From the human T2T-CHM13v2.0 reference genome, Homo sapiens, in the NCBI RefSeq assembly GCF_009914755.1, contig NC_060939.1: 64,000 bases of DNA. One strand, written 5' to 3'. Below are positions 40,030-53,879 of the stretch, one piece after another. Below the pieces are notes generated by a model. The model was not told the DNA's origin, searched no databases, and saw only the letters and a program-made list of their open reading frames with translations. Position numbers and translations under genes: made by a program. Each line of letters opens with the position of its first letter. The first letter of the stretch is position 1.

Positions 40030-40250
40030 CTTTGTTGAAGCACATACTTTGCACCAGGGGATCTAGGCATTATCTCATTTCACCCTCTCTGAGCACTCCA
40101 TGGTGAAAAAGCTATAAATGTCACCACACTCTCTGATAAGAAAGTTGAGCAACAGGAAGATTGGATTACTTGCTCAAGGTCACACAGCTTTTGTGTAGTA
40201 TGGGCAGGATCTGAACTCAGACACTCTAGTGTAGAGTCCTCTATTCGTAG
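40030..40250 (-). mobile_element. MIR SINE
   Basis: ACTTGCTCAAGGTCACACAGC...GGATCTGAACTCAG. Confidence 0.8.
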
Positions 40251-41564
40251 CCTCTGTACATTCTGGAGTCCAGTACATAGCCATTATGTTCTCCAGCTGC
40301 CCTTCACAGTCACAAGACAAGAGTCAGAACACTGTAGCTGCTTAGCCTGGAGAAGACAGGGAACAAGACATGAACTCAAGTTCTAAGTGAATGAGTGCAG
40401 TTCACAAGTACAGTGCTACAGACCCAACGGTGGGCAATTTGAAAGAGGAGACTCTCTTTGCAGGGATCAATGATGTAGCCATGGAAGAAAACAAACTTTG
40501 TCACAGCACAGATGATCCTGGCCTTCCATAGATGGGAAAATGTGTTAGTAAGTCACTTCAGCATTCAGTTTTCCTTTCCCAAGAGAGCACCTTTATATTT
40601 GTCTCCATTTTGTCATCCTGCTGCTCATTTTTAAGCAAGACATGGAGCTGTGAAGCCAAGTCTACAGTGACACACAGATAATGAACAATGATGTTACATG
40701 GAGGGCACACAGACCCTTTAGTTCTCTGTCATGTGTCACTGCTGTAGGTAACATCTGTGATAGATCTCAGGTAAGGTTCTGTTTTGGTCGTGTAGCTTCT
40801 GTGTATTTTCTCTAATAAGCCCACTGTGAGGAGGTGCTAAAGCAAGGCGGTCTGTGTTCTCAGGGGGATTATGGTGATCTCAGGATGAAACTATGCTCAG
40901 CAGGGCTCAATCCAGGATAAATGATTTATAATTATACAGAAAGATAAGACTTGAGCTTCACATGATTTTCGCTCTGATTGAAAATATCTTTGCATGCCGT
41001 AAGTAGGCAGTGCTTTTTCTGGACAACAATTGAGCCTTCCAAGCAGGCCCGCTTCAAATATAAATCCCTAATATGTTCAGAGAATGGATATACCAATCAT
41101 ATGCGTACAACAAGTAAAGGTAGACTTGAGCCACTTCCCCAGGAGGATGTTGAACCAGTTCTAATGAACAGAATGCTGGCTCAGGTAGTCTAAGGGAGGT
41201 AAGATATTTTGCAGAGCCCAGATGTACCCCTTTCAAGAATGTCCTAATGCTGCTCTCTCCCAACCCCAGAAACCTCTGTGATGGCCTCTGCCTCCCCACA
41301 GTCATGGTTCTTTTTCTCATAACGGTTATCTGTTGTTAAATTCTCAGTTCCCAGGCCCTAAAGAGAACTCATTCATGCCATGAAAACTGACAAATTAATT
41401 CAGTCTAATATATTAATGGCACATAATATCTTAAAACACTACCCCTTGCATACAATACGTTTCATTTTAATAACTTCTTGTTTTAACCTGAAATAGTAAG
41501 CAAGTAATATGAACTAAGTGATCATTCCTGAAAAAGTAGGGTGGGAACATTATGTGGGTATGTG

Positions 41565-41735
41565 TAGTCCAAGTTACTAAATTTACTGAACATCAAAATC
41601 ATGTGGTGGTGGGGAGTCTCCTACAACATAGATTGCTGAGGCCAGCCACATAGTTTCTGATTCAGAAAGTCTAAGGAGCCAGAGTATTTGCATTTCTAAT
41701 AAGCCCCCCAAAGTTTCTACTTAGTAGACCATATT
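41565..41735. mobile_element. MER5A MITE
   Basis: AGTTTCTGATTCAG...ATTTGCATTTCTAATAAG...GACCATATTTTGA. Confidence 0.7.
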
Positions 41736-42894
41736 TTGATAATGATTAATAGCACTGCAAGGTCTACTCTAAACTAATGGCTTTCAAGTGGCATGATGTA
41801 ATAGGTGATGAGCATAAATTGGGTCAAATTCTCTTAGGAAAGCCAAAATATAGATACTTTCCTGATAGTCAGAATAAATTATTTAGAAATGACCCACAGA
41901 ACCATACCTATCAGGCACGCATAAAACAGAAAATCATCCCATGGAATAGCTGGGGGTACTCATCATCCCTGTGTTAAGATGACCCTCATCAGTGTTTCTC
42001 TCCTTTAACACAGTTGCTTGGAGACTGATGGCACTTTGTGACAGTGAGAATAAAGGCCTCATTAGAAGCCAGAATTCCAGCAGAAATAGAAATGCTACAT
42101 TTATGTTTCCTGGTGGTTTTGCCACATACCTTTACATGTTTTCTTTTTAATTGATATATACTGTTATACTTAAAAAGATTATTTATCGCACAAACAACAC
42201 CATAATAGCTTTAACAGGAATCAAAATGGAAGAAGAAAATTATCCCGCAATCCCACCCCACCAACAAATTATTGCTTCCATTTTTGTACTCCTTTCCGAT
42301 TCCCCGTATGCACCCATAATTTTTCTAGTTGTAATCATAGCATGGATAAAATTTTGTTCTCTGCTTTTTCCACTTAACATTATAACTGTGTTTGATGAAT
42401 ACATAAGGATTATCATATGAAATAGACCAAGAAATAAATTTTTCTGAGAACGCTTGCTTATCAAAATGTCGAATTTGTTTAAGTTGATTACCTGTTATGT
42501 ATGAGGTACTATGCTGGGCATTGTGCATGTAAGACTGTAAGAAAAAATGTTTCTTGGCCTTCCTAGTATTTTTTTCTATTTTTTTATTGTCCTGTTATTT
42601 TTGTTATTGTCTATGGGTCATGCTACAGAAGTGTGTGCCATCCCTAAAGATATTTTGGAAACACAGAACTAAATGAGAAAAATTATGCAAAGTCCCTTTT
42701 CCCTCACTGCTTTTTCCTGCTGTGGAGCCTCCCTTCCCAACAGAGTGAGCCCTAGGGAACCATAACATGGCTGGGGCTGTGTGCTCCTTTTCTCACAGAA
42801 TTGGACAAAGATGATGGAGAACAGTAACTGGGGATGGTGTTTTTGTGTGCCTAAGTCAAAATCAAGTTTGAAAGTATTAAAGCAAGATGTCAGT

Positions 42895-43110
42895 GCAAAG
42901 GTATCATGTGTCCAATTTCTCTCTTATTGCTGTGTGACTCTGAGCATGCCAGTTCATCTTTCTCAGTCTTGAGTACCTCATCACTAAAATGTACATAACA
43001 ATGCCTACCTTAAACGACTTCTCATGATTAAAAGAGACAATGTAGAGCATCTGATAGAGAATCTGACTTGTCATACAGTGTCAAGAAGTAAAAGCAGTTA
43101 TCATTACTTA
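42895..43110 (+). mobile_element. MIR SINE
   Basis: GCTGTGTGACTCTGAGCA...CCTCATCACTAAAATG...ATGCCTACCT. Confidence 0.75.
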
Positions 43111-44261
43111 TAGTACCCTCGGAGACTACAGGAGGGGCCGGTGTGGTGCAGAGGAGCAGAATGGGGAAAAGGAAAGAAGGCCTAGGGGAAACTCAACAGT
43201 CACTTCATGTAAAATGACAGGAGTAAAGTACATGTCTGTGGGGGTGCCTGTCACATAGCAGGCACTCTATCACTGCACTTTTGCAAAGTTCTCTCACCTG
43301 GTTAAAATGAAAACATAGACTTCACAGTTAGCTACCTACACTTGGAGAACCTACGGTTGTGATTTTACTATGTATTTAATTTGAGGTTAACATGCTCTTA
43401 AACATCAACACTTTCACAAACATAATGCTCAGTATGAACCAAATGCATAGATAAGCTTTTTTTCTTGAAGTTGATGTCTTGGGTGCCACCTTCATTAAAT
43501 ACAGCTAGAATGGCCTGCATTAGCTCCATAGTGCTTGGCCACCTGCCAAGTGCAGGGAAATCAGCCTGAATTCCAATCTTTATAATAGATGAACCAAGGA
43601 CTTACTACTCCCCTCATGAAGCAGAACTGATATTGTCATTAAAGTTTAGTAGCTGTACACTTCACAGAGAGTGTATTTGCTGGGTTTTGGTTAGGGAAAT
43701 CACATCAGGTTTACATTTTCTTGTTAGTTTTGAATCTACTTCCTTGTTAAAGGCCAATGAATACATTGAAGTATATTAACATCTCTTCATCAAAGGGAAA
43801 GCGTTGGTTGTTGGGTCTGGTAACTCTGCTGTTAGAACGGGCCTGTTAATTTGTTACCCTACAGTGAATGCAAGGTAAGCTGTACTGTTGGTGGCAAAAG
43901 GATTTGAATATAAATTCCTTGCCATGAAGAGAAGCACTAAATGAAACCTACAATTCTGATGAAGCCTATAGTCTCTTGGAATGTGCAATGCCAGCTTTAC
44001 TCTGCATCCTTGAGTTTGGAAGAATGATCAAAACCGTGTAAAGCAATCTCACCAGCCGTCCGTAGACCTCTGATACTCATTACTGGACACATCATTTCAC
44101 TTCACTGGACCTCAATGATCCCATATGAAAAGGTACAACCGTGGTAGATCATCTGTAATTTCTTTTACAGCACTAACCTCCTCTGACTTCATAGGATATA
44201 CTGTCTATATTCTATCATTATATTCTACAAACTGAGTGAAATTGGTAGAACCAAGGTTGAG

Positions 44262-45230
44262 CTTTATTCATTAATTCATTTATTTACTATATAATAGCTA
44301 TGTCAATTGTATACCAAGATATTCTGCCAATGAGATAAATTACAGAGATAAATCCTTGTCTGAAGCTGATGCTCATATTTAATAGCAAAAGTCATGTACA
44401 TAAAGAGCAATGATTCAGGACAGAAAGTGCCAAATAACCACAGGCAAAGTGTAGGATACACTGCAAGTTCAGGAAGGAGAGAATCATGAAGGGCTTCATG
44501 AAGGAGGTATTTTATCCAGAATTTGAAAAATAGTGTGAATTAGACAAGCAGAGACTTGCACAGGGTGAAGAGGAATGTAAAACATCTTTTTATGATGCTA
44601 ACTGTCCTAAAAGTATAGGGCATGATTATCAGTCAGGGAATCATTTACTCTATCATATTCAATTCAATCTATTAACTCTAAATTGTGCACTAGATATATC
44701 TAGGATTTCAGTAAAATCTATGAGACATGGAAAATAATAACAGCTTTGCTTCTGCCTTCAATAAATGGGTTTCCCTGGGGATATTAAAAATAATAGTGCA
44801 TAAACAGAATAGTTAGGAGAAGAGTATAAGATAGAATCAGTGTAATTTCCAAAAATAATGGCAAAAATTAAAGCCAAAATGTCACAGAGAAGGGAAGTGG
44901 AGTGAGTTGAAGTAATTAGGAACAACTTTATAAAGGAGGCTGATTTTGAGCAGAGTCTTGGAGCAGCGATGGGTTTGAAAGGGAAAAGATACAACATTCT
45001 AGAAAGTGCTAATAGATGAGAAAACTCATGGAAGCGTGAGTAAGCTTATGATTTTGAATGGATAGATTAAGAGATTAGAAATGAAGATTCGATCCATTTT
45101 GTTTGTCTAGTGTATCTCCCAAGCTGCTAGAACCAAAGGCATCTGGAAAGATACCATTGTAAAGACACAGCAAAGAGTCAATGCCCAATGCTGAGGAAAT
45201 CAAGGACACGAATATTGAAAAAAAGTCTTA
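44262..45230 (-). mobile_element. L2 fragments
   Basis: TTTATTCATTAATTCATT tail; GAAGGGCTTCATGAAGGAGG; TTTGAGCAGAGTCTTG. Confidence 0.5.
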
Positions 45231-45234
45231 AAGT

Positions 45235-48200
45235 GTTTCTCTTCAAGCATGACGGAATGGGGAGGCAAACAAATTCTCTCCCAAAAAAGCAACTATAAAA
45301 CTGGACAAAATCATGAGAAACAATCATTTAATACTCTCAAAATTAACCAAAGACAGACAACAAATTAAGAAGCATTTATTCATGAAAAATACTGAGCTTC
45401 AGGTCAGAAGAATATAAGTTTGTGGTTTTCATGCCAGTGGCTGCTCCCATCTCCCTCTCAGCTTTCTTAGCTCATGAAAACAAACAGCCCTGCTACCCAT
45501 GCTGGAGAATTATACATATTGGAGCATTGACAGTTAAAGCTTAGTAGAAGCTAATAGGGAGGTCTAGGGTCTCCACTGATGTTGCAGTTCTGTTTGAGGC
45601 AGTCAATGGAGTGGAGCCAGAGATTTAACAGAGAGTTCTGGGAGATGAGATAGGATTAAGGGGACTGATAAGCAGTCCACATATTCTGAATTGACTGGAG
45701 GCTGTGTGGATGTGCAGGAAAGACTGGGAAGGCTCAAGCCACCCAAAAATACCAGGTCAATGGAGAATGCACACATTCTCAGAGGCAATAGAAGACAGCC
45801 TGGAAGGAAGCAAAAGATAGGACAAATGAGAATGGCCTAAAATTTGAATGTCATTCCCAGCTAACACCCAGAAAATGGAAGCCTTACTGGCTGAAGGTGT
45901 TTGAACACAACTTTTGACCAATCTTGGGCTGAAGTCAAAGTTATGCAGACACAGAGATGATCCCTAGGAAGTTAGACTAAAAATAAAACAAAATAAATGA
46001 TAATACTGAGTAGGAACATCAGCAGCTATAGTTTACCATGGAGGCAGACTTCACAGATATAGTCTATGTAAATTACTAAACAAACAAAATAAAAACAAAA
46101 ATAATTATCTTCAGAGGAGGAGAAATCAGAACCCAGAGTTGCTAAAATATATTATCTAAAGTGTATTCAACCAAAAGTTCCAAAGCATGCAAAGAAGCAA
46201 GAAAGACCAGTATTCAGAGACAAAAAAAAATGCAGTAAATAAAAACTGGATTTGGCAGAAAAGACTTCAAAGCAGCTTTTATTAATAAGTTCCATAAACT
46301 AAAGAAATCTGTTTAAAAAACAAAAAGAAAGCATAATAACAATGACTCAACAAATAGAGAATTTCAATGAAGGGAGAGAAATTATTTTTAAAAAACAAAA
46401 GAGAATTCTAGAGTTGAAAAGTACAATATCTGAAGTAAAAAAGAAAATAATAAAGGGCTCAAGAGCAGATTTGAGATGGAAAAGAAAAATAAAGTATGAA
46501 GTTGAGAATAGAGATTATCCAGTCTGAAGAACAGAGAAAGAAATGTTTAAAGAAAAATGAACAGAACTTCAAAAACCTGTGGAACAACATTAAGCATATC
46601 ATCACATGCAACTGGAATTTTTAGAGGGGAAAAAAAAGTAAAGGGGGAATATTATGAGGTGAATTCTGTTCTCCAAAAAGACATTAAAGTCTTAATTCCC
46701 AGAACCTGTAAATGTGACCTAATATGAACATTGAGTCTTTGCAAATGATCAAGATGAAGTCATTATCTCTGTGGGCCCTAGTCCAGTATTATTGTGTCCT
46801 TATAAAAGGGGGAACTTTGGACACAGAAGAACCTGTGTAGAAGAAAGATTATGTGATGATGCAGAGAAGGCAAAGATTGCCTCGGTCTAACAGAAGCCAG
46901 GGAAGGGGCATGGAGCAGATTCTTCCCACATCCCTCATAATGAACCAAGCTTGCCAACATCTGCTTTCAGATTTCTATCTTCCAGAACTGTAAGACAATA
47001 AATTTCTGCTTAAATCACCCAGTTCCTAGTATGTTATTAAGGGTGCTCAGGAAACTAATACAAAACAGAAAAAAAAAAAAACAAGTTTTGAGGAAATAAT
47101 GGTTTAAAACTTCCCAAATTTAATTTAAAAGTTATTAACCTACAGATCCAAGATCAATGAATCTCACACAGAAATACTCAAGGAGATTCATATCTGGACA
47201 CATTACAGGCGGTTTATGGCCAAAGAAAAGGAGAAAATCTTGAAAGCAGCAAAAGAAAAATGATCCATCACATACAGGGGAATGATTAACAGCTGATTTA
47301 TTGTCATAAACAATGGAGTTTAGAAATCAGTGGAATGACAACTTCAATTGAGAGGAAAAAAAATCTTGTCAACCAAATCTTCTATATCCAGCAAAACCAT
47401 CCTTCAAAAATGAAGGTGAAATAAAGACATTTCTAGATAAACAAAGACTGAAAGAATTTGTTGCTATCAGATATGCCTTCTAACAAATATTAAAGGAAGT
47501 CATTCAAGCTGAAAGGAAATGACACCAAAGAGTAACACCAAATCCTAAGAAAAAAACTGAAGAATACAGGATATTTTAAATATAGGTAAATATATTTAAA
47601 ATATATAGGATATTTTAAATATAGGTAAATAGAAACAATTCTATAAATGTGTTTTTCAATTTTTTAAGGGTATTTTAAATATAGGATATTTTAAATATAG
47701 GCAAATATAAACAATTCTATAAATGTGTTTTTCAATTTCTTATTAATTTTAAAATATTATGTAAGATTTTATTAAACAATAATTAAAACACTGTGTTGGG
47801 TTTTAAGATTCAATATATAATGACAAAATTGCATGAGAGAGGAAGATATATTGGAGCAAAGTTGCCATGTTTTACCAACTCTAAGTTAGTATTTTTCTAA
47901 ACTATATGGTGCTAAGTTAAGGTGCATATTTCTATCATTATCCCAACAGACTTTATAAATAGAAATTGAATAACTTATTATATAATTCAAAGGACCTACA
48001 ATAGCCAATACAACATTAAACAAAAGAACAAAATACCTGATTTGAAGGTATATTATTAATGTAAAGCTACAGTAATCAAGAGAGTTGATATAGTCATAAA
48101 AACAGATAATTCAATCAATGAACCAAAGTAGATAGTCAAGGAATATACCCACACATACATGGGCAACTGATTTTCAACAGCAGCACAAAAGTAATTTAAC

Positions 48201-49330
48201 AGAGAAGGCATAGTCTTTTCAACAAGTAGTGCTTGATCAATTAGATATCCACTTGCAAAAAAAAATTAAATAAATTGTAGATCCTTACATTCACTATGCT
48301 AAAAACTTATTTCAAATGCATTATAGACCTAAAATGTAGGAACTTAGACTATAAAAATTCTAGGAGAAAACTTATGAGAAAATCTGCATAAGCTTGGTTA
48401 ATCAATGAGTTTTATATTCAACATTAAAAGCCATAAAAAGCTTGACAAATAGGATTTATTAAAATTAATAACTTTTGCATTTCAAACAATAGCTTTAAGA
48501 AAGACAGGACAGAAACTGAGAAAAATGTATTTGCAAATCATATATCTGGTAAGACTTGAATAGACATCATACCTAAAAAGACATCTATATGGCCATAAGC
48601 ACATGACAATATGCTCAATATCATTAGTCATTAGGGAGATGCGAATTAAAATCACAAAGAGATACACGCTAGAATGACTATAGTAAAAAAGACAGATGAT
48701 ACCAAGAGTTGGAAACTAGAAACTTCATACCTTGCTGGTGGAAATGTAAAATGGTATAGCTACTTTAGAAACAATTTTTTAGTTTCTTAAAAACTTAAAT
48801 ATAAAGTTTCCATAAAACCCAGAAATTTTTGTAAATTCAGTAATCTACCTAAGAGAAATATTAAAACATATATCCAAACAACAACTTGTTTGAGAATATC
48901 CATAGTTATATTCACAATAGCCAAAGATTGGAAACTACCCAAATGTCCATCAATTGACAAATGCATAAACACAAGATGGTATATCCAGTCAATGGATTAC
49001 ATTCAACAGCAAAAACAATGAACTGCTGATACATGCTACAAACCTAGTGAACCTGAAAAATATATTCTAAGTGAAAGATGCTAGGTGTAAAAGACTACAT
49101 AATGTGTAATTTCATGTATTTCATTTATTTCATCTTTTCTGAAAAGGCAAATATATAGTCAATAGATTAGTGATTGCCTGGGGCTAAGAAATCGAAGCTG
49201 CAATTGATTACAAATGGGCTCAAGGAAATTTTATTGTGTGATGGGCATGTCCAAAATCTGGATTGTAATGACTGTTGTACAACTTTTTAATGATTTAAAA
49301 ATCACTGAAGTGTAAACTTTTAAAAGTCTA
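45235..49330 (+). mobile_element. Old L1M element (5' UTR, ORF1 remnant, ORF2 C-terminal part, 3' UTR); most of ORF2 missing; MLT1 inserted
   Basis: ORF1 motifs (GAGAAAATCTTGAAAGCAGC, TATCCAGCAAAA, AAATAAAGACATTT); ORF2 motifs (AAGCTACAGTAATCAAG, TATTTGCAAATCATATATCTG); 3' UTR (AGTGATTGCCTGGGG); all frames disrupted. Confidence 0.85.
46650..47062 (+). mobile_element. MLT1B/C solo LTR inside L1 ORF1
   Basis: AATGTGACCT...GTGTCCTTATAAAAG...CCAGAACTGTAAGACAATAAATTTCTG...GGAAACTAATACA. Confidence 0.88.
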
Positions 49331-49459
49331 AAATTTCATTAAAATTCAAGAAAACAATTTGAAGAGTTAGGGGTATAAATATATGCCACTATATAGGCCA
49401 CTCTTCTCATCAGGAATAATAATTTGTTAAAAGGCTGAATGCCAACTGTTCTTGAAATG

Positions 49460-49805
49460 CTATGGCTCCTCTACAAGGAACACCTTTCTTCCTACCTCCC
49501 CCCATCTCCAATCCTATGCTTTCTTCAGTAATCATCTCCACAGCCCTTCCTGAACTCTCTGATTAGATGATCATACCATTAGTTCCCAATAGCACTTTAT
49601 TTGTAGTTTTCTTCTTACATTACTCATTCTCTTCTCTGTATTATAATTAAGTCTTTGTGTGCCTTATCCCTTCTATTGTCTCTTTCTTTTTGAGAGCATT
49701 ATGAGGACAGGAAATAAGTCTTACTTATTTTTAAATACCCAGTGTGTTCTAGGACCATAACTGACATGTAGAAAATGTTTAACCAATACTTACAAAATTA
49801 ATAAA
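49460..49805 (+). mobile_element. L2 3' fragment
   Basis: ATGAGGACAGGAA...GTCTTACTTATTTT...CCCAGTG. Confidence 0.6.
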
Positions 49806-50422
49806 AGCATCACATTTACATAGGTTATGTATCATCATAAACAGCCACACAGCTGGTGCCTTTCCCAAAGATAACTCTTCGGCCAATGTCCTGTGGCAAA
49901 AAATAAGTAACTGCCCTCACATCTTCCTTCCTACTCCCAGACAAAGGCAAGTGCTGGCAGATGGAAGGCTTTACTTTCTGCAAGTGTAAATCTGTGATCA
50001 GCATCTCCTTTGTCATACTTCCTTGGAAAGATTTCTGACCACCATTTAATTATGAGTTCAAAGAAACCTGACCCTACGTCAATGACATTTCCAAACAATC
50101 ATCATGCTCATTTATAAATCATGGAGTGTGTTTACTCATAGGTCTTGAGACTGTGTACAATGTACATAATGCCCATGCAAGCTCCTCTGAAAGATATTAA
50201 AAATACAAAAGACAAGAGTCAGCCTGCCTATACAAGCTTACCCGCCATCTTCTTGAGAGAAGAAATCCCCTCCCTGGAGGCAGTAATGAGGAAAGTGGTG
50301 GTATTGAAGGTTGTAGTTTCCAGCCCCATTTCTGGCATGATACTGTGGGAACTTAGGCAATTACTTAAACTCTAAGCCTCTATTTCTTCATTTGTGATGT
50401 GATAAGAATACAGGATATTAAT

Positions 50423-51657
50423 GTAGATCCCCAGTCCCTTATCTGCAATTGCAAATTCCAGAAATCTCTCAAAACAGAATTTTTTTTATAACTTGTTTGA
50501 TGTTAAAACCTGACCTGATCTGAACTTACTTGAACTGATATAAGACTATTTATAGTCTTCATCTAATCCCACTTAATGAGAATATCCATACTTTTGGCTG
50601 AAGAAACACAAATATGTTTGATTACAGGATGCTAGCCTAGATACCGATAGGGACAGGAGGCAGAGGAATTCTAGGGAGAAAAGGGCGGGATCCCTGGTGA
50701 AACCCTTAAGCTGAAAAGCCTGAGACCATGGCCCAAAGTGAGAACTTATATCCCTGTTTTCTCACTAGAATGTTGCCTTTTCCTAAACCACCCATGACCC
50801 CGCCCTACCCCATCCTGTGCCTATAAAGACCCCAGACTCAGCCAGCAGAGAGGAAGAAGAATCTAGACATCGGGACAACTATGGCTGGATGTTGGAGAGA
50901 AGCAGCTTGACTTCAGAGGGACAGCTTGACAGTGTAACTTCAGAAAAGAATGCCAGACTTCAGGAGAAGATTACCTATATCCCCCATTCCCTTTTCAGTT
51001 CCCTTTCCCACTGAGAGCAACTTTCACTGGCAATAAAATTCCCCACATTTACCATCCTTTAATTCTTTCATGTGACCTCATTTTTCCTGGATGCCGGACA
51101 AAAGTTTAGGATCAAGTACAGATACAGAAGGGCCCACTGAGCTGCTAACAGTTAACCTTTCTGAAGATGGCAGAGCTAAAAGAGCACCGTAACATGCCCA
51201 CTGGGGCTGCAGGAGTCACAGGCACCCCATTAGAGACTGCTGCAGGGCCGGCACAGAGTTTGCTCCTGCTGGTGCCCCAAAGCGCTCACCCCAGCTCCTG
51301 CACCCACTCACCTGCACACTCCCTCCCATGAGGGGTGGAGCACAGCGGGTCTGAGTGAGTGGAGATCATCCCTGCCAGTGCTGAAGGGGCCAGCTGGTTC
51401 CAGCACTCATGTACTCCAGTTCCCACTTCATTTGCTCACACACTCCCTCCCGTGAGGAGTTGAGAGCAACAGGCTGAGTAAATGGGGCACCCATGTCACG
51501 AGTCCTGCAAAGGAGTCAGGGAAATATCCTTCTTCAGTACTATTGAGAATGTTTTGAAATGTATGATACATGCACTCTGTTGACTTTCTAAAATCTGTAC
51601 AATTCTGAATCTGGGAGGCATCGAACCACAAGGGTTGTAGATAAGGGATTGGGAGCC
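50423..51657. mobile_element. Tigger-like DNA transposon with TIRs, split by an LTR
   Basis: TIRs GTCCCTTATCTGCAA (50433) and TTGTAGATAAGGGATT (51635). Confidence 0.65.
50645..51536 (+). mobile_element. ERV1 solo LTR, LTR1/LTR27/LTR28 group (892 bp)
   Basis: GATAGGGACAGGAGGCAG start, GGCCCAAAGTGAGAAC, TATA-like CCTATAAA, AATAAA, end CTTCA; 4-bp TSD (A/G)TAC. Confidence 0.85.
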
Positions 51658-52049
51658 AATTTTTACTTCTTAGGTTTCTGGGGTGGGGAGGAATTAAATG
51701 AGATACAAATGTGTAGTACATAACATATTGTCCTCTCCCCTTCCCTTTTCTCCAACTCTATCATTGTAAAATTCCAGAAAAGTAGAATTGGAAATGCAAA
51801 ATATGTTTTATTCAGTGCAAAGCGGGAAGTCAGCAAAATTTTTCTTCTTCATCACTGCATGTGAGTTTGAGACCCTCTCTCCCTTCACTTCTGGTGTTTC
51901 TGTCTTCATCCTGTCACTACTTAATTTTTTTCCTTAGTTTACAACTGAGATATAGAAGTTTAAATATTTTTTAAACATCGCAAAACCCCAAGGAAAGAAT
52001 CTAATCATGTAATAAAAGAAGCACTTATTATACAGGGATATAGGCCTTC

Positions 52050-52215
52050 ACAGTTACTTTCCTAGCACATAACCTTGAGTTGGTCACATAATCTCACAGA
52101 GTACCAGTTACCTCATCAGCAAAATTGAGATAATGTCTGACAACTGACAGCGGCAGATGTCTGGATGAGGTCATTCCTTGAGGTCACTGTCAGCTCTGAA
52201 ATGTGTGATTTTGGG
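52050..52215 (+). mobile_element. MIR3-like fragment
   Basis: CAGTTACCTCATCAGCAAAAT...GAGGTCACTGTCAGCTCTGA. Confidence 0.6.
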
Positions 52216-52639
52216 ATTCACAAGAGTCAGAGGATATTCCCAAAGCCTTTGGATCCCAGTGTTTGGGTCACCACCTGCTTTGACAGATTCATGCTAGGCC
52301 CACTTTGGCCTTGTTGAGTAAGAGGGAGATTCCTTCTTCCAGTAGTAATGAGTGGAGAGAGTAGGAGGCAGACAATGGGGAAGAGGAAGAGACAATGACA
52401 AAGTAAGGCTGGAGTGTGTTCACTTGAACTGAGTGAGCTTTGGACCAACTGTATGTTATCAAACTGCAAAATGTGCATGCATCAGGTATTCAGAGCCCAA
52501 GGAGAGTTCCCACATCTGTAGGGACAAGAAGTGTGTCCCTGGGGCTTCCCATAGTGACAAAGAACATAGAGTCATTTTCAAGAGCTTCTTAGATTATTTT
52601 GCTTTATGCTAAGTGGGAACTCCTTTGAAATTAGAAACA

Positions 52640-52850
52640 CCTTAGAGATTAGAAAATCTGGACTGTACCACTTACAGATTGCATGACTGTGAGCAAGTCA
52701 TTTAACCGTCCCCAACCGGAGTTCCACATATGGAAAGGGCAATGAATACCTCGCTCCTGAAATTGTTATGAGAATTCAATGAGCTAACGGATGGAAAGTG
52801 TTGCTTCCAGTGCCTGTCACGTGATAGTGTTTAACACAGGCTAGCTGTGT
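52640..52850 (+). mobile_element. MIR SINE
   Basis: TGACTGTGAGCAAGTCATTTAACC...GTTATGAGAATTCAATGAG...CAGTGCCTGTCAC. Confidence 0.8.
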
Positions 52851-53479
52851 AGTCCTGACAAAAATATGGGGAGTTCTGAAGGAAGACGGAAGATGTTTGT
52901 GCTTTGTTTATTTAAGAATAAAACGAGGGTGTTACAGAGAAAAGAAAATGAATGAGCCTAGCCTTTTGCTCCTTTGGACAAGGCATGAAAATATCAGCCT
53001 CTCTTTACTCTTCAAAAAGAGGTCATTTTTGGAAGCTGAAATTTGTTGTTTGGAATTATTCTGCCACCAGTATTTATAGTGGCTGTGGAATGGCATGAAA
53101 GAATATAGGCAGGTCTTAAAGTAGGCTCAAAAATTCATCAGAGAATTTCCCATTGAAGAGTTTTTGTGTAAACTTCTGCTTTTAATTATAATTTTCTGCA
53201 TATTTGGTCTGCATTCTCCATTGTTATTTGAGAGAGGTAACATGATAAAACAAAAAGGATGTGAAATTTTACATTGGAAACCCTCACTTCAAACCCTGGC
53301 TTTTATGTTGGGAGTAACGAATTAGAAAATTTAACAAAAATTTAATAGTGAGGAAAAATATGTATGCATATTCAAATAAATAAACTTCAAACAAATTAGC
53401 AAATAATGTTAAAGGACATAGTACATGGATGAAAAAATGATTTTACTAGTTAATGTTCCTCACATCTCAAAATTGTTCT

Positions 53480-53875
53480 TTCTTCCTCATTATCTTTGCT
53501 CTCATTTCCTAACCATGAAATACTTTTCCTCTAAATCTTCCCAAAGTTCTTTCCCTCTCTTCATTTAGGTTTCCATCAGAATGTGACCTCTTTGAAAACC
53601 CATTCCTGGACACTTCTTTCGTATGTGAACACACACATTCTCACTATTCTCTGTTTTCCTTCAATTTGTATTTCCTTCTAGTTCTTATAACTGTCTAATA
53701 TTACAGTATATGCTTATTGCTTACTTCCTTGTGTTTGTCTTCCCGCACTGAAGTTTACCAGGTATGGGACTCAACAGGCTCCTAAAAGTAGGCCTGGGAT
53801 ATGGTAGGCCCTTAACAAGAGATTATTGAACAGATAAATGAACAAATGAATTAGTGAAAGAATGAATGAATGAAA
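53480..53875 (+). mobile_element. L2a 3' fragment
   Basis: AATGTGACCTC...GGTAGGCCCTTAACAAG...GAATGAATGAATGA tail. Confidence 0.7.
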
Positions 53876-53879
53876 TCAC

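Larger units (their letters stand above)
50300..51722 (+). mobile_element. MIR split by nested insertions (halves about 50300-50420 and 51660-51722)
   Basis: ACTTAGGCAATTACTTAAACTCTAAGCCTC...; resumes GAATTAAATGAGAT. Confidence 0.6.

Noticed and set aside
43865-43874. Possible 10-nt microexon CAG|TGAATGCAAG|GTAAGC
   Set aside because: The pyrimidine tract is weak, the length is not a multiple of 3, and no host gene is evident.
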